This document shows, one piece after another, positions 12,205 through 23,376 of a stretch of DNA of 64,000 bases. The notes beneath the pieces are model-generated. The model made no database searches. It was not told where the DNA came from and saw nothing but the letters and a program-made list of their open reading frames with translations. Location: contig JAWMAR010000015.1 of assembly GCA_036785375.1 (NCBI GenBank), positions 1,798,001 to 1,862,000 of the forward strand, read 5' to 3'. Each line of letters opens with the position of its first letter. The stretch's first letter is position 1. The position numbers and the translations under genes were made by a program. The stretch comes from Leucoraja ocellata. Taxonomy: Eukaryota.

Positions 12205-12365
12205 GTTTAGCATCTGTTCTGAAAGGCAACACCAGCGATATTGCAATGATCCCTCGGTAATGCTTTGGAGTGTCAGTCTAGATTACGTGTTCACATCTCT
12301 GGGGTGGGTGGGGCTTGAACCCACGACCTGCTGCTTCAGAAGCAGAAGTGCTGCAACTGAGCCAC
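12205..12365 (-). mobile_element. DeuSINE (SacSINE1-like) 5' fragment
   Basis: Minus strand gtggctcagttgcagcact..gtgggttcaagccccac..tctagactgacactcca..gagggatc..gcctttcag resembles the tRNA head and start of the Deu domain. Confidence 0.65.
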
Positions 12366-12544
12366 GCTCTCTCAGCAGCCAAAACATACTCATCGTGGAC
12401 ACACTACATATTTAGTCCATTCTCCCACCAGTCTTACCATCTCCAACTACATTCTTTCTCTGTCCCGCCCACTTCCCTGACATCAGTCTGAAGAAGGGTC
12501 ACGACCCAAAACGTCACCCATTCCTTCTCTCCAGAGATGCTGCC

Positions 12545-12702
12545 CAAAGATCTTATAGCAGAGCAAGATAGGCTACTCCTGCTGAATGCAATGGGCTGAC
12601 GTGTAGTACGCTATGGAGGGGATCCTGGGCATTTTTCCACGCCCATTTTTGCAACCTGAGCCTACCCAAAGATCTTATAGCAGCTCTGCTATAGGATCTT
12701 TG
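12545..12702. mobile_element. 158-bp MITE with 8-bp TSD (hAT-like), nested in a Penelope-like repeat (copy at 37298-37455)
   Basis: TIR CAAAGATCTTATAGCAGAGC, 19/20 match to the right end; perfect TSD atgctgcc at 12537-12544 and 12703-12710. Confidence 0.88.
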
Positions 12703-12854
12703 ATGCTGCCTGTCCCGCTGAGTTACTCCAGCGTTTTGTGTCTACCTTCGATTGAAACCAGCATCTGCAGTTCATTCCTACACTACATATTTATGGCCCT
12801 CTATCAAAATAATTCCAAAATAAGGAAAGAACTATTAACTGAAAGAACATACAT

Positions 12855-13181
12855 AGAACAGAGAACAGTACAGTATAGCCCCACAAAGTTTGTGCCGAAC
12901 ATGATGCCAATTTAAACTGATCTCATCTGCTTGTACATGATCCATATCCCTCTTTTCCTCGTACTTCCATGTGCCTGTCTCAAAGTTTCTTAAACACCAC
13001 TTTTGTTCCTGTCTCCACCTCTGGCAATGTGTTCCAGGCCCTCATCACTCTCTGTGCAAAGGTCTTGCCCGCACATCTCCATTAAACTTTCCTCCTCTCA
13101 CGTTATAGCCATGCCCTCTAGTGTTGGACAATACCACTCTGGGATAAAGGTTCTGAATGTCTACTCATAGATAATGCCTCT
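12855..13181 (-). mobile_element. Degenerate CR1-type 3' fragment, host of the Gypsy insertion; resumes near 14571
   Basis: catagaac tail and gccatgccctctagt (TRGH motif on minus); continues as cttcaatcaagtctaccctcaacctctg after 14570. Confidence 0.6.
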
Positions 13182-13330
13182 TGTGGCGGCCCCTGGATAT
13201 TAGGGTCATCCTTGGATCATCCTCCTCGGCACTTGAGGGACTGCCCAGTCTGGTTTCTGGTCAGGGGTTTTATGGGGAGTTTGCTTATTCCCTTTGGTGG
13301 AACTTGTTGTGAGTGGATGCTCACAACCAT

Positions 13331-13655
13331 ATGAAGTTTGTATGTGCATAATAGTTGTATGTATATAGATGTCTGTAGGTATTATGGGAAATTGCCTGGG
13401 GTAGTATTATTATTATTAATTAATTGATTTTTAAATATGGTAGAAGTGTTGGGGAAAAGGGGTGAGATTTAATAAGTTATTCTTCTTCTCACTCCTTTTC
13501 GAGCTTGTACAGACACAGAGTTGGACATTGGAAATTTGCTTTTTGTTCTTTTCATTGCTTGTAATGTCCAATTGTTTGATAATTTCGATTTTGTTACTAT
13601 TAATATCTTTAATGTCTTTACTTGTTTGGAATAAATTAAATAAATAAATAAATAA
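13331..13655 (+). mobile_element. Non-LTR retroelement 3' end inserted in the LTR (copy 1 only)
   Basis: AT-rich with (AAAT)n tail; 6-bp TSD aaccat; absent from the copy-2 LTR. Confidence 0.75.
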
Positions 13656-13696
13656 AACCATCATTAAAGAACCTTCGAACCTGCCTGGCGTCTGAC

Positions 13697-13796
13697 AATT
13701 GTCATTGTCTCTGTACTGTACACTGACAATGACAATTAAAATTGAATCTGAATCTGAATCTGAATCTGAATCTGAATCTGAATCTGAATCTGAATC
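13697..13796 (+). mobile_element. Very short LINE tail ending in (TGAATC)9, inserted in the LTR (copy 1 only)
   Basis: gacaatgacaattaaa followed by nine TGAATC units (13743-13796); absent near 38121. Confidence 0.7.
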
Positions 13797-14162
13797 TTTC
13801 TGATCGCGTCCAGGCCACTACATTGGTGACCCCGACGTGATTTGAACACGCAGCCTTCTGAGCGCATTCACTACACATGGATGTCAAGCGGCAGCGCCTG
13901 GTGCACTCCATCACGCTGGAGCCGGTCTCCCTCTGCGTCGGTGACCCGGTTGCATGCCCTGCTGGACCCTGTCGTCCGTGGATGCAACTTTCGCGCGCAT
14001 CCTGGCGGATTTCCCGGACATCCTTGAACCCCACTTCCGCCCCTCCGCCCCCAAGCACAAGGTGGAGCACCACATTCCTACTACCAGCCCGCCCGTGCAC
14101 GCCCGGACAAGCTCCATCTTGCGCCAGACAAGCTCCGTCTAGCTCGGGAGGAGTTCTGCCTG

Positions 14163-14570
14163 ATGGATTTGATGGGCATCGTGCACCCCTCCGATAGCCC
14201 ATGGGCGTCACCGCTCTACATGGTCCCCAAGGTGGGCAGGGGCTGGCGCCCATGTGGGGATTACCGTCGCCTGAATGATGCGACCACCGCTGACAGGTAC
14301 CTGGTCCCGCACATACAGGACTTCAATGCCCGCCTGGCCAGAGCACCGGTGTTCTCCAAGGTGGACCTCGTGCGCGGGTACAACCAGATTCCTGTCCACC
14401 CCGACTATATCCCTAAGACAGCCATTATTACACCGTTTGGGCTGTTTGAATTTTTGCGGATGCCGTTCGGGTTGAAGAACGCCACGCAGGCCTTCCAGCG
14501 GCTTGTGGACTATGTGTCCCGTGGCCCGGACTTTGTAATCGTCTACTTGGACCACATACTCGTGGCCAGC
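14163..14570 (+). pseudogene. Truncated Gypsy reverse transcriptase with YLDD changed to YLDH
   Basis: RT motifs present up to the catalytic YxDD position, then abrupt end; stop upstream; copy 2 (38491-38900) is additionally frameshifted. Confidence 0.88.
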
Positions 14571-16503
14571 AATTGTACTTCAATCAAGTCTACCCTCAAC
14601 CTCTGATGTTCCAGGGAAAATAATCCCAGTCTATCTCTCTCCCGGTACCTGGACCCCTCTAAACCAGGTAAGTCTGAAGAAAGGTCAAAAACATCACCTA
14701 TTCCTTTTCTCCAGAGATGTTACCTGACCCGCTGAGTTACTCCAGCCTTTTGTGTCTGTCTTCACTCTCATCCAGGCTACGCCTTCTCCAAAGCCTCCAA
14801 TTAATAGTTAATTAATCAAAAAAATCTAATCAGATTGGTGAAGTTTAATATTCTTGACAAAAGGATTGCCGTGTTCAACTATATCGAGCGACACAACAGG
14901 CTGAAACCTGTTGGTTACTATATTTATACACCAGCCAGACCCTAATTTTTCACCTTGGTGGTTTCAATGAATTGCCTTGTATATATATATATGGCATCTG
15001 CCTCTGCTCAACCCCATTTCAATCAATCAAACCTAATATCTTATCTTCAGCTTCCTCTTCAATAAATGGGAGATGCGGAAAAACAAAATTGGAAAAAAAA
15101 GCCATTTCCCCCTCCCTCGTGCCAGTGGATCAGTCGTAGCAAACCCGTCCCATCCGCTGTAAGATTCCTCATTACTGGCCCAGTGATGCATGGTGGAGGG
15201 GAACAATCTGATATTTTCTGACGGGCTGTGAATGACACCAAGAAAGATGCTATGAACAGTTTTGACATAACCATTACGGCAAGCTCATTGGCATGACTGA
15301 AGACAGTGCCTTGGACATATATCTGGCACTATCTCTCACATCCATTGTCTGGGGAAGATTTCTTGCTGCGTGGCATCTGGATAATTTAACGAACGGTATG
15401 CAAAGTCCCGCCGATTTGGGGGGGGGGGGGGAGGAGGGGCGAGGGAGATGGATAGATAAGGAAGTGAAGGTGTGAAAACAGGGCAAAGGGTATCTCCATT
15501 AACCTCTACCCAAAACGTCGCCCGTTCCTTCTCTCCAGAGATGCTGCCTGTCTGGCTGAGTTACTCCAGCATTTTGTGTCTATCTAAAGTTTTTGCTTGG
15601 TCTGGGTGAAATATTGCGATGTTATTAAGAAAGAAAACCGCAGCATATTTTTATGGATGACCAAGTGCTGATCAGCTGGCCAGACACCACCCCGTACACA
15701 AGCACACACCACTCAGGTACCATTCTTCAGCCGGCTTTTCAACAGTAATCATTTCCCACTCACAACATGGAGTATTACTCCCTTCTGCAGGCCGACGCCA
15801 GCTTTTTAAGGGTCATCGAATCGCGTCATTAGTCGGAAACTGTTCATTTTGTTCTCCCCAATGGTTTTCATTAAAATTCTCAGTGAGCGAGCAAGGATCC
15901 CAGCTCTGAGCTGTCAGGGCGGCCTAATTAAACATTATGAATGTGCCTTTGGTGGGGATGGAGGGAGAGGGGGAGAGGGGGGGAGAGTACATCATTAAAT
16001 CGACACAGAATTCACACACAAGAACTGGCCATTCAGCCCAGCACGTCTCTGCTGGTCTTTGTGCTCCAATTATTCCCACTTCCCTCAATATACATACATA
16101 TAAAGCACAGCGTAGCGCAGAAACAGGCTCTTTGGCCCAAAACTGTGTTGAATATAATTATGTCAAATTAAACTAATCCCGTTGTCGGTACATGGTCCAT
16201 ACCCCTCCATTCCCTGCCTCATTATGTACCTAAATATCCCTTAAACATTGCTGCTGTATCTGCTCCCACCCCGGCAGCATGTTCCAGGCACCCACCACTC
16301 TCTGTGTAAAATAACTTACTTTGTCAATCTCAGGGGTGTCAGGGGTTATGAAGAGAAAGCAGGAGAATGGGGTTGAGAGGGAGAGATAGATCAGCCATGA
16401 TTGAATGGCGGAGGAGATGATGGGCCAAATGGCCATAATTCTTGCTCCGATCACTTATGAATCTCTTCAAATCCTTCACCCTCTCTCACCTTAAAGTTAT
16501 GCA

Positions 16504-16700
16504 CAAGATAGACACAAAGTGCTAGAGTAACTCAGTGGATCAGACAGCATCTCTGGAGAAAAAGAATGAGTGACGTTTTGGGTCGGGACCCTTCTTCAGA
16601 CTCATCCTTTCTCTCCAGAGATGCTGCCTGACCCGCTGAGTTACTCCAGCACTTTGTGTCTATCTTCGGTATAAACCAGCATCTGTAGTTCCTATCTACA
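16504..16700. mobile_element. Palindromic Penelope-like short repeat with decayed hammerhead
   Basis: aagatagacacaaagtgct...tctctggagaa is inverted to ctctccagagatgc...ctttgtgtctatctt around gtgacgttttgggtcgggacccttcttcag. Confidence 0.7.
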
Positions 16701-16779
16701 CAATAAAGTTATGCCTCCTGGTCTTCGACATATCCATCCTTGAAAAAAAACTCTGACTCTCTACCTTATCTATGCTTTG

Positions 16780-17545
16780 GTTTAGTTCAGTGATACCGCG
16801 TGTGAACAGCCTCCGTGTTCGCGTTGACCATCGATCAATGTTATCTCCGTTTCACATCCTACAGACCAGGAGCAATTTAATATGGGAGGAAACCGGAGCA
16901 CCCAGAGAAAACCCACGCAGTCACAGGGAAAACATACCAACTCCGTACAGACAGCACCCATAGTCAGGATGGAACCTGGGTCTCTGACGCTGTAAAGCAG
17001 CAACTCTACCGCTGCACCACTGATCATTTTATATACTTCCATCAGGTCTCCCTGAAGCCTTCGATGCTCCAATGAAAATAATCCAAGTTTGTCCAAAATT
17101 TCCTCGTAGTGAATACTCTCTAATCCTGGCCACGTCCTGGTCATTTTAACAGCCTAGTTTCATTATTTTATCTCTTGTGCACTTTCTTTGGCTTATAGAA
17201 TCATAGTGTCACACAGCATAGAAACAGGCCCTTCAGCCCAACCCATCCATGCCCACCACGCTGCCCCATCTAAGCTTAGTGATACAGATTGACTACAGGC
17301 CACCCAGTCCGCACCGACCACCATCACCCGTACACTAGTGCTATCCTAAACACTAGGGGCAATTTACAGTTGCCAATTAACCTACAAACCTGCGCATCGT
17401 TAGAATGAGGGAGAAACTGGAGCACCCGGAGGAAACCCACCCGGTCGCAGGGAGAACGTACAAACTCCGTATAGACAGCACTCGCAATCAGGATTGAACT
17501 CTGAAGCTGTAAGACAGCAACTTTACTGCTGTGCCACCCTGCTGC
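16780..17545 (-). mobile_element. Two V-SINEs (about 16780-17020 and 17275-17545) nested in CR1 fragments
   Basis: SINE heads and cores; ORF 16782..17144 has LDKLGLFSLEHRRLQGDLMEVYK (CR1). Confidence 0.7.
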
Positions 17546-19044
17546 CACTAAGCCAGTCCCATGTTCCTGCATTTGGCCCACATATATCTCTAAATCTTTC
17601 CTATTCATGTCCAAGTGTCAATTGGCTTCTCCTTAAATTCAATAATGTTGTTGACATCAACCAAACTTCTCTTTGCATTAGGATGTTTCTACCGGGTTTA
17701 TTTTTATATCACAAGGTAAATGATCCATCTAGGGCTGATTGAAGTTCTCAATCAATTCAATCAGAGCATAGACAATCAGATCATCATTGCCTATGGCCCA
17801 CTGCGAGTCTAGAATGGGGGTCGGAGAGGAGAGTAGACCACAGGTGACATGGACCTGCGCCCAATTACACCTGATGCTTTCTTGGACCATGTTTGGTGTG
17901 ACGGTGGGATCAGGAGAGAGATGTCTGCCGATGTCCCTTTGGGAGGGCAACCCTCCGGACCAGGGGCCAATAAGGGGCATTTGATCAAAAGATTAACAAA
18001 ATACAGACAGGGTTAAAAACAGAAATGTCCACGGAGCGCTGTACAAACCGCACCAAGCATCTTTAACAATAGACTCACATCACAACTTCTGATTAGAGCA
18101 GCATCACCTTTAATCCTGCTGAGGGCTGCCGCACTAATGACCATAATGAAACATTCTTGGTACAAGAGCCTATTCATTTATTTTCATTCCCGACAAGTGC
18201 CTACAGAGACTGGTGCTGCGAACGCAGCTACTTACTATTTCATTCCCAGCCAAATTTATGGCCCCAGTGAAAAGTGGATGCGACCCATTTAAAGCAGAAC
18301 CCTCTTGTCTGCCTGCCGCAGCCTAACCGGCTCATTACAAGTGCATCAATCTTTAATCTGCAATTAAACAATCAAGTCATTTGTAAAAGATGGATGCAAA
18401 TACTGCACTTGAATCTGTCCCGAGCAATGCAACATGATGAAGAGCAAACGAGATCAATGAGAGCCAAACGCACCCCAGCAGCCTGGTTCAAATGAAGGTG
18501 AGGAAGGGGGAATAAATATTAGAAAACAGGATCTTTTCTACCGGTGGCTTATTTTTATACCTGGTGGGATCAGAGACTGTAAAATGGATGATTAAGGCAA
18601 AGGTTTAACCAGTGAAACAGCTGCCCAGGGAAAATGCAACATGCTGCATAACAGCTCTCGCTCTAATTAGGATGTCCTGCAACCAGCGTCCCACAGATAC
18701 TTTAATTGGCAAAAGGAGATGGCAAGCAGGTACTGGCGTAGTGGTCATTACCGGATAGTTTGCTGCCATTTAAGGTGCCTTAGCTCGTCAATTCCTCTTG
18801 AGCTGTTAATGTCATGCACGCCATCACGGTCAGCTCTTGGAGCGATACCTGGGATGAGTTAAAGGCTTGGGGGATGTCAAAGGGAGGGTGGGGGGGATGA
18901 GAGAGAAAGAGATACAAATAGGGAACAAAAGAAGGAAAGAGACAAAGAGTGAAAGAGATAGAGACGTGGGAATCATCGTGGAAGGTTGCAAGAGAAAGGA
19001 AACGATAAAGTTGCATTTGAACACCACTTCCACACACAGGGGAT

Positions 19045-19360
19045 TTAGTTTAGTTTAGCTTAGAGATACAGCACGGGAAGAGGCTCTTCAGCCCACTGAG
19101 TCTGCCTCGACCAGCAGTCACCCGCACTCTAGTTCTATGTTATCCCACTTTAGCCCACTCCACACTGGGGCCAATCTACAGAAGGTGACTGACCTACAAA
19201 CATGCACGTTTTAAGGATGTGGGAGGAACCCGGAGCAAACCCACCCGGTCACAGGGAGAACGTACAAGCTCTGTGCAGACAGCGCCCACAGTCAGAACTG
19301 GAGCCGGGTCTCTGGTGCTGTAAGGCGGTAATTCTACCGCTGTGCCACCGTGCCGCCCTT
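19045..19360 (-). mobile_element. V-SINE
   Basis: (TTTAG)n tail, V-domain, head ctaccgctgtgccaccgtgccgccc. Confidence 0.8.
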
Positions 19361-19829
19361 AAATGGTGGTTAGTCCTGGAATGTGGCACAGAAGGCCACG
19401 GATCAAATGCTGGCAAGTGGAACTAGCAGGTATAACAGTGAGCATTGACATGATGAGCTGAAGGGCCTGCTTTGATGCTGTACACCTGTGTGATTCTATG
19501 AATCTTGCACCCACTTGTGTGAAGTAGTTGCTGCTAACAGAGAGGTCTCACACTGTGACTGTGATTACATTTACACCATGGTCTACAGGGATGTGCTGAC
19601 TTGATTCAGGTCCAGGGCTTTACCACTGCTTTCTGTCAGGCTTTGTATCACAAGCAAAACTCTGTGCAGGAGAAGGATTGGCTTGCCGCTGCAAGCATAC
19701 ACCTGGTGCCACCTACATGACCACGTAATTTGGATCAGAGAAACATCCGTTCAGAGGGTCTAATCTTGAAGAGAAAACACACAGAAACTTTTCATGGGAA
19801 TGCAGCAAATCAAAGTTTCATCAAAGGAT

Positions 19830-20365
19830 AGAATGGCACAGCTGGTAGAGCTGCTACCTCATAGCACCAGAGTCCTGGGTTCGATCCTGACTACGGGTGC
19901 TGCCTGTATGGAGTTTGTTCGTTCTCCCCGTGACTGTGCGGGCTTTCTCCGAGAGCAACAGTTTCCTCCCACACTCCAAAGATGTACAGGTTTAGGTTAT
20001 ATAGCTTGGGTGAAAATTGTAAATTGTCCCTAGTGCATGGGATAGCACGGGTATCACTGGTCGTCACGGACACGATGGGCCGAAGGGCCTGTTTCCGCAC
20101 TGTATCTCTAAACTAAACTAAAGACCCGGATTCGATCCTGACCTTGGGGACTGTCTGTGTGGAGCTTGCACGTTCTCCCTGTGACCGTGTGGGTTTCCTC
20201 CGGCGCTCACATCCCAAAGACGTGCGGGTTTGTAGGTTAATTGGCTTCGGTAAAATTGTCCCTAGTGTGGTGAGAGTGGACAAGAAAGTGAGATTACAAA
20301 AAACAAGTGTTCAAGGTGATTGATGCTTGGCTTGTTTCCATGCTGTATCTCTAAACTAAACTAAA
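19830..20365 (+). mobile_element. Two head-to-tail V-SINEs
   Basis: Two TTCGATCCTGAC B-boxes and two ctgtatctctaaactaaactaaa tails (near 20120 and 20363). Confidence 0.8.
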
Positions 20366-20421
20366 ATACTGCTCACAGAGTTTGCACAATAAAGATTCCC
20401 ACCGACTGAGCAAGACAGTAA

Positions 20422-20975
20422 AGGGCCTGTCCCACTTAAGCGATTTTATCGGTGAATGCCAGCGACCGTCACCGTCGCAGGTCGCTGAAAAAGCGGTGAC
20501 TGCACCTCCCCGCACGACAATATCTACGTCACGCTACGACAACCTACCCCCAGTCGACATCAAGCTACGGCAAGCTACTGACAACCGGCGACCCATTAGG
20601 ACGTCCACCTAACCACACAGGCGACAACCCCTACGTCCACCCGCGACAACAAGCAACGACCCTGTCAGTCGCCGGTACCTGTCGCCGGTTGACGTAGGTT
20701 GATGTAAGCAGTTGCCAATGGAATTCACGGAAGTCAACACCTGGCGACAAGCTGCGTCATCCTGGCGACAACCTGCGACAGGGGATGACAAGTTACGTCA
20801 AGCCCACTGTCGCCGAAACGTTTTGAACATTTTAAATATCCAGCAGCGACCAGAAAAACGTTACGACTTTTTAGGCGACTTGAGGAGACGACTCACAACC
20901 ATACAGGCGTCAACCCACGACCATGTGGCGACAGTCTAGTCACCGAAAAAAATCACCTAAGTGGGACAGGGGCTT
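20422..20975. mobile_element. PIF/Harbinger-type MITE B (copy at 44881-45443)
   Basis: TIR AGGGCCTGTCCCACTTA.GCGATTTT / AAAATCACCTAAGTGGGACAGG; TAA flanks; many internal (G)CGACAA motifs. Confidence 0.85.
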
Positions 20976-21217
20976 TAACCCTCTTCCAAGCTCGAGTTTG
21001 AAGACAAGTTTACTGAATGCCAGCTGGAAACAACTGCTGCAATGGGACAGTAAACTCTGAAACGACACATCTAGGGAGAGTCAAATGGAACGAATCTTCA
21101 AATGCACACTCCCCCAAATATCTATCCAGGTTCTCCCATAGCCCCTGAGTAGACCGTCCCGTGGACCATCACCATTGCTGCCTTTGGACTTTATCGAGAT
21201 ACAGCGTGGAAACAAGG

Positions 21218-21600
21218 ATGAGAGGGTATCTCATTGAAACATATAAGATTGTTAAGGGTTTGGACACGCTAGAGGCAGGAAACATATTCCCGATGTTGGG
21301 GGAGTCCAGAACTAGGGGCCACAGTTTAAGAATAAGGAGTAAGCCATTTAGAATGGAGACGAGGAAACACTTTTCTCACAGAGAGTGGTGAGTCTGTGGA
21401 ATTCTCTGCCTCAGAGGGCGGTGGAGGCAGGTTCTCTGGACGCTTTCAAGAGCTAGATAGGGCTCTTAAAAATAGCAGAGTCAGGGGATATGGGGAGAAG
21501 GCAGGAATGGGGTACTGATTGGGGATGATCAGCCATGATCATATTGAATGGCGGTGCTGGCTCGAAGGGCCGAATGGCCTACTCCTGCACCTATTGTCTA
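21218..21600 (+). mobile_element. CR1/HER1 3' fragment inserted into a minus-strand V-SINE (about 21190-21880)
   Basis: RMRGYLIETYKIVKGLD..ESRTRGHSLRI; tail ctattgtctattgt; SINE tail is split around it. Confidence 0.85.
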
Positions 21601-22284
21601 TTGTATATTGTCCTTCAGCCCACTGAGTCTGTGCCAACCTGCAATCACCCCGTATACTAGCACTATCCTTTACACCAAGGACAATTTTACAGAAGCCAAT
21701 TAACCTACAAACCTGTCGATATTTGGAGTGTGGGAGGAAACTGAAGAACCCAGAAAAAACACACACGGTTACGGGGAAGAACATTCAACCTCCGTACAGA
21801 CAGAACCCGTAGTCAGGATCGAACCCTGGTCTCTGGAATTGTAAGGCAGCAACTCTACCGCTGCGCCACCGTGCCGCCCTTCTGTGGTGAGTTAGGTGGT
21901 GATTGTGAGCTGGTGAGCCAATAGCAATCTCTGATCTTCACAACATGTCTTAACTTTATATGGAAAACTATCGTGCGGGCCCCAGCCATTATGTCTCTTG
22001 TCATTTACATATTTACACAAATATATCACATTACCCAGACCCTCATTGAAATGTTAATGCGAGTCTCTTGATTTTATTGGTGAAATGTGAAAGGTTAATA
22101 CTCTCTGTCAATTTGAGTAAGATGATACACAATAAAAGCTTCAAACTGAGAGAATGATCCAAGCAGACATATTACATACAACACTGTACAATGTAACTCA
22201 CATATAACAAAATTGAGAAACATCCTTTTGAAGAGTTGTCTTTTTGAAGAGCAAAACACACATAAACTATTGTGAGGAACTATA

Positions 22285-22520
22285 GGATTATAGGAATGTG
22301 AGGGGTAACCTCTTCACACCAAGGGTGGTGGGTGTATGGAATGAGCTGCCGGAGGAGGTAGTTGAGGGAGGGGCAATCGCAATGTTTAGGAAGCAATTAG
22401 ACAGGTACCTGGATTGAACAGAGGCCAAACCCAGGCAAATGGAACTAGTGGAGTGCAGATGGGACATGTTGGTTGATGTGGGCAAGTTGGGACAAAGGGT
22501 TTGTTTCCACACTGTATGAC
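22285..22520 (+). mobile_element. Second CR1 subfamily, 3' fragment
   Basis: gggtggtgggtgtatggaatgagctgccggaggaggtagttgag (VVGVWNELPEEVVE); same type at about 48195-48510, 55420-55700 and 60540-60735. Confidence 0.75.
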
Positions 22521-23176
22521 TTTATGACTGCAGATGCTTTGGTTTATACCGAATATAGACACAAAGTGCTGGAGCAACTCAGAGGGCCAGCAGCATCCCT
22601 ATTGACAAAAGGCCGGGTGGAATTTCGGGTCGGAGTCCTTGTTCAGACTCTGTCTTCAGTCTCCGTCTGAAGAAAGGTTTCCGACACAGAAACTATTAAA
22701 GGGGGAGCGAAGGAAGGACAGAAATACTGCCTACAGATGTTGGACGGTAAAGATACACACCAACTGTGCGAGACAGTGACTGATCCTCTGAAGTTATTAG
22801 CGGGTCAAATCCCTATTCCGCAAAATTATCGGAGGAAGGCAGAAGGCTCGGTACGCAGGCAGCTTCTAATCAGCTTTGATTTCTGGCGTGCGTGTAACAT
22901 TAGAACGGGACCAAATGGCGAGCAGGTGGGCTCCTGTCTCCCTCAAACCATTATGAGCTCAGGAGGTATTGATGAGGCTGTCGAGTCCGTACATTTCAGT
23001 CAAATTGCTATTCCCACAAACCAGGCAATAATACTGAACAGCTCTTGCAAAACAAGGGGTACATTACATGGAACACAGCAGCTCAAAGAGAATGATTAAA
23101 GCTCGCTCATAAGGCCGGTACAAAGCGAAAGACCTTTATAGATCAAATTAATTTTAAACAGGCACCCATCCCTTCC

Positions 23177-23376
23177 NNNNNNNNNNNNNNNNNNNNNNNN
23201 NNNNNNNNNNNNNNNNNNNNNNNNNNNNNNNNNNNNNNNNNNNNNNNNNNNNNNNNNNNNNNNNNNNNNNNNNNNNNNNNNNNNNNNNNNNNNNNNNNNN
23301 NNNNNNNNNNNNNNNNNNNNNNNNNNNNNNNNNNNNNNNNNNNNNNNNNNNNNNNNNNNNNNNNNNNNNNNNNNNN
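23177..23376. other. Assembly gap, 200 N
   Basis: Run of exactly 200 N, a round placeholder size. Confidence 0.99.

Larger units (their letters stand above)
13182..14570 (+). mobile_element. Defective Ty3/Gypsy LTR retrotransposon, CsRn1-like: 5' LTR, tRNA-Trp PBS, protease end and RT N-half
   Basis: LTR TGTGGCGGCC...GGCCACTACA (13182-13822); PBS TGGTGACCCCGACGTGAT; RT SPWASPLYMVPK..WRPCGDYRRLN..FSKVDL..TPFGLFEFLRMPFGLKNA..YLDH. Confidence 0.9.
1..23176 (+). repeat. Copy 1 of a >=22 kb direct duplication; runs into the assembly gap
   Basis: Colinear with 25245-47661 throughout: ccactctgca at 1 and 25245; ggcacccatcccttcc ending at 23176 and 47661; identical ORF translations at 18274/42706 and 22737/47222. 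Confidence 0.97.

Noticed and set aside
13824-13861. Possible tRNA-Trp gene
   Set aside because: Only the 3' half is present, it includes the CCA end, and it abuts an LTR, so it is a primer-derived copy.
13702-14253. 183-aa minus ORF with an RFRFRF repeat
   Set aside because: Antisense to Gypsy pol; the RF repeat is the (TGAATC)9 tail.
16504-16700. Possible pre-miRNA hairpin
   Set aside because: Member of the high-copy palindromic repeat family; no known mature miRNA recognised here or elsewhere in the window by eye.
22737-23099. 120-aa ORF identical in both copies
   Set aside because: Identity is at DNA level from the duplication; no recognisable domain or convincing splice structure.
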